Shown piece by piece: positions 59,918-64,000 of a stretch of 64,000 nucleotides of DNA; position 1 is the stretch's first letter; each line of letters starts with the position of its first letter. The DNA is taken from assembly GCA_037142555.1 (NCBI GenBank), contig JBAXAJ010000001.1, positions 14,835-78,834 of the forward strand, in the 5' to 3' direction. Both the position numbers and the translations under genes were made by a program. This DNA comes from Candidatus Shapirobacteria bacterium. Its GTDB lineage: Bacteria; Patescibacteriota; Microgenomatia; UBA12405. The notes beneath the pieces were generated by a model, which worked only from the letters and a program-made list of their open reading frames with translations, searched no databases and was not told the DNA's origin.

Positions 59918-61330
59918 ATGACTGATAATAAAAATTTTCAAGTCAGGCCTCCAATTGTCGCCGTGATGGGACACATTGATCATGGTAAAACTTCAATCCT
60001 AGACAAAATCCGATCGACAAATGTTTTCAAAAAAGAAGCTGGCGGCATTACTCAACATATTGGTGCCTATCAAGCTAATGGAATCACTTTCATCGACACT
60101 CCTGGACACGCTGCTTTCATAAACATGCGCACTTGTGGTGCTAAAGTCACTGACATGATTGTTCTAGTCATTTCTGCAGTTGAAGGCATAATGCCTCAAA
60201 CTAAAGAATGCATCGAACACATCAAAAAACTAGACATTCCTTTTATTGTTGCCATGAATAAAATGGATCTCGACAATGCTGCTCCAGACAAAGTTAAAGG
60301 TCAACTTGTCGAACTAGGCTACACTCCAGAAGAATATGGTGGTCAAATTGCTGTCATTCCAGTTTCAGCCAAAACCGGCAAAGGTCTTGAAGATTTAATG
60401 GAAATGATTCTTTTAAATGCTGAAATTTTAGAATTAAAAGCCGATCCTACCGGCCCTTTTGAAGCTGTGATTATCGAATCCAGACTCGATAAAAATCGTG
60501 GTCCAGTTGCTTCTCTAATTGTCAAAAGCGGCACTCTAAGAACTGGTGACATTGTCTATTCCGAAGACATTCTTTGTAAAGTTAAAGCTATGATTGACTG
60601 TAATGGTCAAAACTTAAAAGAAGCTGGCCCTAGCACTCCAATTGAAGTTCTTGGTTTTGAAAAAGTTCCTATGGTTAGCAGCCTAGTTCTTTCTCATAAA
60701 ACCGAATCTCTTCTAGAAAATAGAGAGCCAAAAGTTCTACTTGAATCCACTGAAGAAAATCCAAAATTAAAAGTAATTTTAAAAGCCGATGTCAAAGGCA
60801 CACTCGAAGCTCTAGAAAATAGCTTCAATGATGATGTTATCGTAATTTCTGCCGGAATTGGCTCAGTCAGTGACAATGATGTTTTCATGGCTGAAGCTTC
60901 AAAAGCTCAAATTTTTGCCTTCAACGTTCCTAGTCAAAAACATATCACTCAAATTGCTGAATCAGCTAAAGTCAGAATTTTTGAATCAAGAATTATCTAT
61001 GAAATCATCGAAGACATTCAAAACCAAGTTCTAAAACTATTAGAACCAACTATTGATGAAACTGTTCTTGGAGAAGCTTTGATTAAAGCTGAATTCAAGA
61101 TAGATAAAGTCAGAATTGCCGGTCTCCAAATAGTCAAAGGTGAAATCACAAAAGGGGATTTAATCCATCTTAAACGCGACGGTAAAATCATTAAAGATAC
61201 TAAGGTAGAAGGAATTCATCAAGAAAAAAGCATTATTGAAAAAATCAAATCAGGCGGAGAATGTGGCATGACTTTTAAGCCATATGTTGATTTTAAACTA
61301 AATGATGTTATAATAGCCTATAAGACTTAA
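59918..61330 (+). CDS. infB: Translation initiation factor IF-2 lacking the N-terminal domains
   Basis: RPPIVAVMGHIDHGKT, EAGGITQHIGAY, DTPGH, NKMD, KADVKGTLEAL. Confidence 0.96.
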   Translation: MTDNKNFQVRPPIVAVMGHIDHGKTSILDKIRSTNVFKKEAGGITQHIGAYQANGITFIDTPGHAAFINMRTCGAKVTDMIVLVISAVEGIMPQTKECIEHIKKLDIPFIVAMNKMDLDNAAPDKVKGQLVELGYTPEEYGGQIAVIPVSAKTGKGLEDLMEMILLNAEILELKADPTGPFEAVIIESRLDKNRGPVASLIVKSGTLRTGDIVYSEDILCKVKAMIDCNGQNLKEAGPSTPIEVLGFEKVPMVSSLVLSHKTESLLENREPKVLLESTEENPKLKVILKADVKGTLEALENSFNDDVIVISAGIGSVSDNDVFMAEASKAQIFAFNVPSQKHITQIAESAKVRIFESRIIYEIIEDIQNQVLKLLEPTIDETVLGEALIKAEFKIDKVRIAGLQIVKGEITKGDLIHLKRDGKIIKDTKVEGIHQEKSIIEKIKSGGECGMTFKPYVDFKLNDVIIAYKT

Positions 61331-61358
61331 TTAAAGTCTAATAGTAAGCAGGACTATT

Positions 61359-62147
61359 ATGAAAAACTATAAAATAGATGAAGTCAAAAATTTATTGTCC
61401 AATGCAAAAACAGCCTTAATTGCCGTTCCTCAATTGAGTGTCGACAGTGCTGGTTCTGCTCTAGCTTTAGCTATAGCTCTTAAAAAAGCTAACATTGACG
61501 CTAAAGTTTATTGTCCTCAAATCCCAGATGCTAATTATTCTAAACTTAGTGGTCTAGAACTTATTTCCAACGTTTACGAACAAAATGACTTAGTTGTCAC
61601 TTTAAACTATCCTTTGGATAAAATCGATCAAGTTTCCTACAATGATGACGGTGGTCACCTAAATTTAGTTGTTAAAACTAAAGAAGGTTCTCCAAAAGTT
61701 GAAAATGATCAAATAATCGTCAATAATCAATCAGCTCTAGCTGATGTTAATTTCATGCTTGGTGATGAATCATCTCTTGGTCCTAACACTGCCATGGTTA
61801 ACAAAGGTAACTGGATTTTTGTTTCTCCAACTAACATTCCAAAAACTTGGGCTAAAGCTACAATTGTTGATCAAGATGCTCCTTTTTCTGAAATTTTCAC
61901 CTTTTTACTTCCAATGTTAGGTCTAAAATTAGACCAAGATTCAGGTAAAAACCTTTTAATTGCTCTAAGAGTTGCTACTCAATCTTTTTCAATCAATGTT
62001 TCTCCAGAAACTTTTGAAGCTGGTGCAATTTGTTTAAGAGCTACTCAACCATCTGAAGCTGCTCCTCAAGCTGTTCAAATAACCGAACCAGTTCAAGATA
62101 ACCAAGTAAATCAATCAACTCAATTTAATTCTGTTCCAACAGTTTAA
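61359..62147 (+). CDS. Degenerate DHH/NrnA-like protein
   Basis: VDSAGSALAL N-terminus resembles DHH motif I, but no DHH motif is visible; sits after infB where DHH genes often lie. Confidence 0.5.
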   Translation: MKNYKIDEVKNLLSNAKTALIAVPQLSVDSAGSALALAIALKKANIDAKVYCPQIPDANYSKLSGLELISNVYEQNDLVVTLNYPLDKIDQVSYNDDGGHLNLVVKTKEGSPKVENDQIIVNNQSALADVNFMLGDESSLGPNTAMVNKGNWIFVSPTNIPKTWAKATIVDQDAPFSEIFTFLLPMLGLKLDQDSGKNLLIALRVATQSFSINVSPETFEAGAICLRATQPSEAAPQAVQITEPVQDNQVNQSTQFNSVPTV

Positions 62148-62160
62148 AAAATAAAATTTC

Positions 62161-62188
62161 AAAAGCCTCCGAGTTTCGGGGGTTTTTT
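62161..62188 (+). terminator. Intrinsic terminator
   Basis: AAAAGCCTCCGA-GTT-TCGGGGGTTTTTT. Confidence 0.85.
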
Positions 62189-62207
62189 GTGCCTTTTTTC
62201 TATATGT

Positions 62208-62271
62208 TAAAATCACTTGTACGTTGAAAATCAGGTGTGAGAAAGTAAAAAAGAAAAAGGAGGGAAAGGTT
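62208..62271 (+). promoter_or_regulatory. Orphan-ORF leader: -10 TAAAAT, boxA-like GTACGTTGAAAA, 5' pairing arm, SD AAGGAGG
   Basis: TAAAAT 62208-62213; GTACGTTGAAAA 62219-62230; ATCAGGTGTGAG 62230-62241 complements 62711-62722. Confidence 0.7.
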
Positions 62272-62634
62272 ATGAGTAATGAAATAATTACTGTGAAGAA
62301 ACACCAAATCGTCGAAGGGATGAACAGAATAGGTAAAAAACTAAACAGCAACAAAGAGGTTACTCAAAAAGTTAGAGATTTAAATGATGCTGTTTATAAA
62401 ATTAATGAACATTTACTTCTAAGAGTGGAAGACAGTGAATTCATTGATTCTTTTTTAATTTTTGTAAAAAAAATTGAAGAAAAACTTGAAGGAGTAAAAG
62501 AGCAATCAGATAATAATGAAGATTTAATATCAGTTTATTTAAAAATATTTGAAGATAATTCCCATGTTATAACTCCAAAATTCTCTGATGCTTTGTCTGT
62601 ATTCTTAACAAGAGTTAATGAAATGATTGATTAA
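62272..62634 (+). CDS. Hypothetical helical protein (120 aa)
   Basis: ATG 62272 after purine-rich AAGGAGGGAAAGG; no recognisable motif. Confidence 0.65.
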   Translation: MSNEIITVKKHQIVEGMNRIGKKLNSNKEVTQKVRDLNDAVYKINEHLLLRVEDSEFIDSFLIFVKKIEEKLEGVKEQSDNNEDLISVYLKIFEDNSHVITPKFSDALSVFLTRVNEMID

Positions 62635-62642
62635 ATTTTCAC

Positions 62643-62731
62643 TGGTGGTGTTGGGGCAATTAATATTGCTTTTGTTGTTTCAACACTACCAAACTCTCTT
62701 TCTAAAACCCCTCACACCTGATATTTTTTTT
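62643..62731 (+). other. 3' trailer: long G-U-containing hairpin, 3' pairing arm, U-tract
   Basis: TGGTGGTGTTG 62643-62653 / CAACACTACCA 62681-62691; CTCACACCTGAT 62711-62722; T-run. Confidence 0.7.
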
Positions 62732-62757
62732 ATATAACACTAGTTTATAATTTATAT

Positions 62758-63777
62758 ATGTCAGAAAATAAAAACAGTCAGCCACCTCAAGAATTGACAG
62801 TCTCAGAACCAAGAACCATAGAATATGACATTCCTTATATACAACTTCCTCAGGGTGATCAATCTGGAGAGATGGGCCACAACGAAGCATCAAGTGAACA
62901 ATTAAAAGAGTTTTTCACACCAGAAATGATTTCTAGATTAGTATATTGTCCTCAAATTAATGTCGATCAAACCGATAATTGGGGATCTTATGGATACGAA
63001 CCAGGATACATTTTTGTAAATAGCAGTAATTATAAAGGGGCTCAAACATTTAACGATGATGAAATGTTGCACGCTGAAACTTTTGACAGTTTCACCACTA
63101 AAAATGGTTTTAATGTTCTTAAATTAGTCAAAGATCATTATGATTTTTTCCCTCAAGCTAAATTTAATACGCAAATAATAACTGCTGAAAAATATCCCAA
63201 AACTTTTATTTTTTTAAGAAACTTATTAGATGGGGTTGAACCTAATGACATATCTACATATCCAATTGAAGATTTAAATTATATGTATGAAGATCTTTGG
63301 CATGGGAAACTTGGTATTGATGTTCGCGTTGAACAAACTGAAGAATATGCAGAGGAACAAAATAATTTAATAAACGATCCAATTAATAATTTTATCCCTA
63401 CATACATTGACCATCGAGGGATAGAAGTTCCAATGCCAGAATATAATGATGACAAGGAAAAAGCAAATTTACAGAAACGTATAGAAGAGATAGATGAATG
63501 GAAGCTAGAATCACCAGGAAGGACATTAAAACGTTTGCAACTGGTGGAAGAATTTCAAAAAAGAAATTTAATTCCTAATCACAAATTTTTCGCTTCATTT
63601 GAAGAAGAAAATGACTCAATAAAAAAAGATATAGAACAAGCTAAAATAAGCGGGAATAATGAGTTAGCTGAAGGAATTGAAAACACTTTTAATAAAACAA
63701 AATTTTATTTAGAGAATAATACCTATAAAAAATTAAATCAAAACCAAGAAGATATAAAATTATTAACAGATAAATAA
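62758..63777 (+). CDS. Acidic hypothetical protein
   Basis: 339-aa ORF with TATAAT 6 nt upstream; no recognised domain. Confidence 0.7.
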   Translation: MSENKNSQPPQELTVSEPRTIEYDIPYIQLPQGDQSGEMGHNEASSEQLKEFFTPEMISRLVYCPQINVDQTDNWGSYGYEPGYIFVNSSNYKGAQTFNDDEMLHAETFDSFTTKNGFNVLKLVKDHYDFFPQAKFNTQIITAEKYPKTFIFLRNLLDGVEPNDISTYPIEDLNYMYEDLWHGKLGIDVRVEQTEEYAEEQNNLINDPINNFIPTYIDHRGIEVPMPEYNDDKEKANLQKRIEEIDEWKLESPGRTLKRLQLVEEFQKRNLIPNHKFFASFEEENDSIKKDIEQAKISGNNELAEGIENTFNKTKFYLENNTYKKLNQNQEDIKLLTDK

Positions 63778-63787
63778 TTTTTCATGT

Positions 63788-63873
63788 TATAATCAAAGCT
63801 GACTATTCGTCGGTCTTTTGGTAGCCATTCCAAAACATTAAAAATTAACCGATAATAGCCAAATATCTATGGC
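63788..63873 (+). promoter_or_regulatory. Putative S15 autoregulatory leader
   Basis: TATAAT 63788-63793; nested stems CTATT/AATAG, TCGGT/ACCGA, TTTTGG/CCAAAA; loop GCCAT complements ATGGC at the start codon. Confidence 0.6.
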
Positions 63874-64000
63874 ATTAACCAAAGAAGAAAAACAAGAAAT
63901 TATTACAAAACACGCTCAAGCTAAGGGTGACACTGGTTCTCCAGAAATCCAAATTGCTATTCTAAGTAAAGAAGTCGAAAAACTCCAAGGACATCTAGGT
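63869..64000 (+). CDS. rpsO: 30S ribosomal protein S15, runs off the window edge
   Basis: Manual translation MALTKEEKQEIITKHAQAKGDTGSPEIQIAILSKEVEKLQGHL; DTGSPE.Q signature. Confidence 0.95.
   Translation, partial: MALTKEEKQEIITKHAQAKGDTGSPEIQIAILSKEVEKLQGHLG

Noticed and set aside
62230-62722. Interpreting the inverted repeats as IS/MITE ends
   Set aside because: No transposase, no evident target-site duplication, arms differ among the three loci, and G-U pairs at pyrFE favour RNA structure. Not fully excluded.
2650-62893. Many 60-110 aa ORFs antisense to or out of frame within recognised genes (e.g. 5410-5652, 18052-18351, 49014-49340, 59218-59529, 62115-62354, 62702-62893)
   Set aside because: They overlap confidently identified genes or structured non-coding regions and show no motifs or start signals.
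1-64000. Alternative genetic code (TGA recoding as in Gracilibacteria/Absconditabacteria)
   Set aside because: Conserved genes are full length under the standard code and Trp is encoded by TGG.

Overview
AT-rich (roughly 30% GC by eye), gene-dense bacterial chromosome segment read in the standard code. Gene content and style (N-terminally minimal IF2, PilN/PilO-like genes, many GT-C glycosyltransferases, LepB-CAP fusion, FemAB, OFOR and PFL) suggest a Patescibacteria/CPR genome, probably Microgenomates; this is inference. It carries housekeeping genes (pflAB, purB, pyrG, rarA, map, folD, metG, rpsT, murJ, pcrA, gatCAB, dut, rmuC, pyrC/DK/F/E, hrcA-grpE-dnaK-dnaJ, nusA, infB, rpsO) and a surface-glycosylation cluster. 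I found no rRNA, tRNA, CRISPR array or transposase. The most unusual signal is non-coding. About 20 genes have a -10 hexamer 5-7 nt before the start codon, which suggests leaderless mRNAs. Three unrelated units (purB, pyrF-pyrE, and an orphan ORF at 62272) instead share an rRNA-operon-like layout: -10 box, boxA-like motif, a 5' arm, a purine-rich Shine-Dalgarno leader, the CDS, and a 3' arm with a perfect 12-nt complement to the 5' arm next to a long hairpin and U-tract. Each mRNA could therefore be closed by a leader-trailer helix. A candidate S15 pseudoknot leader and a structured DEAD-box helicase leader are also present.
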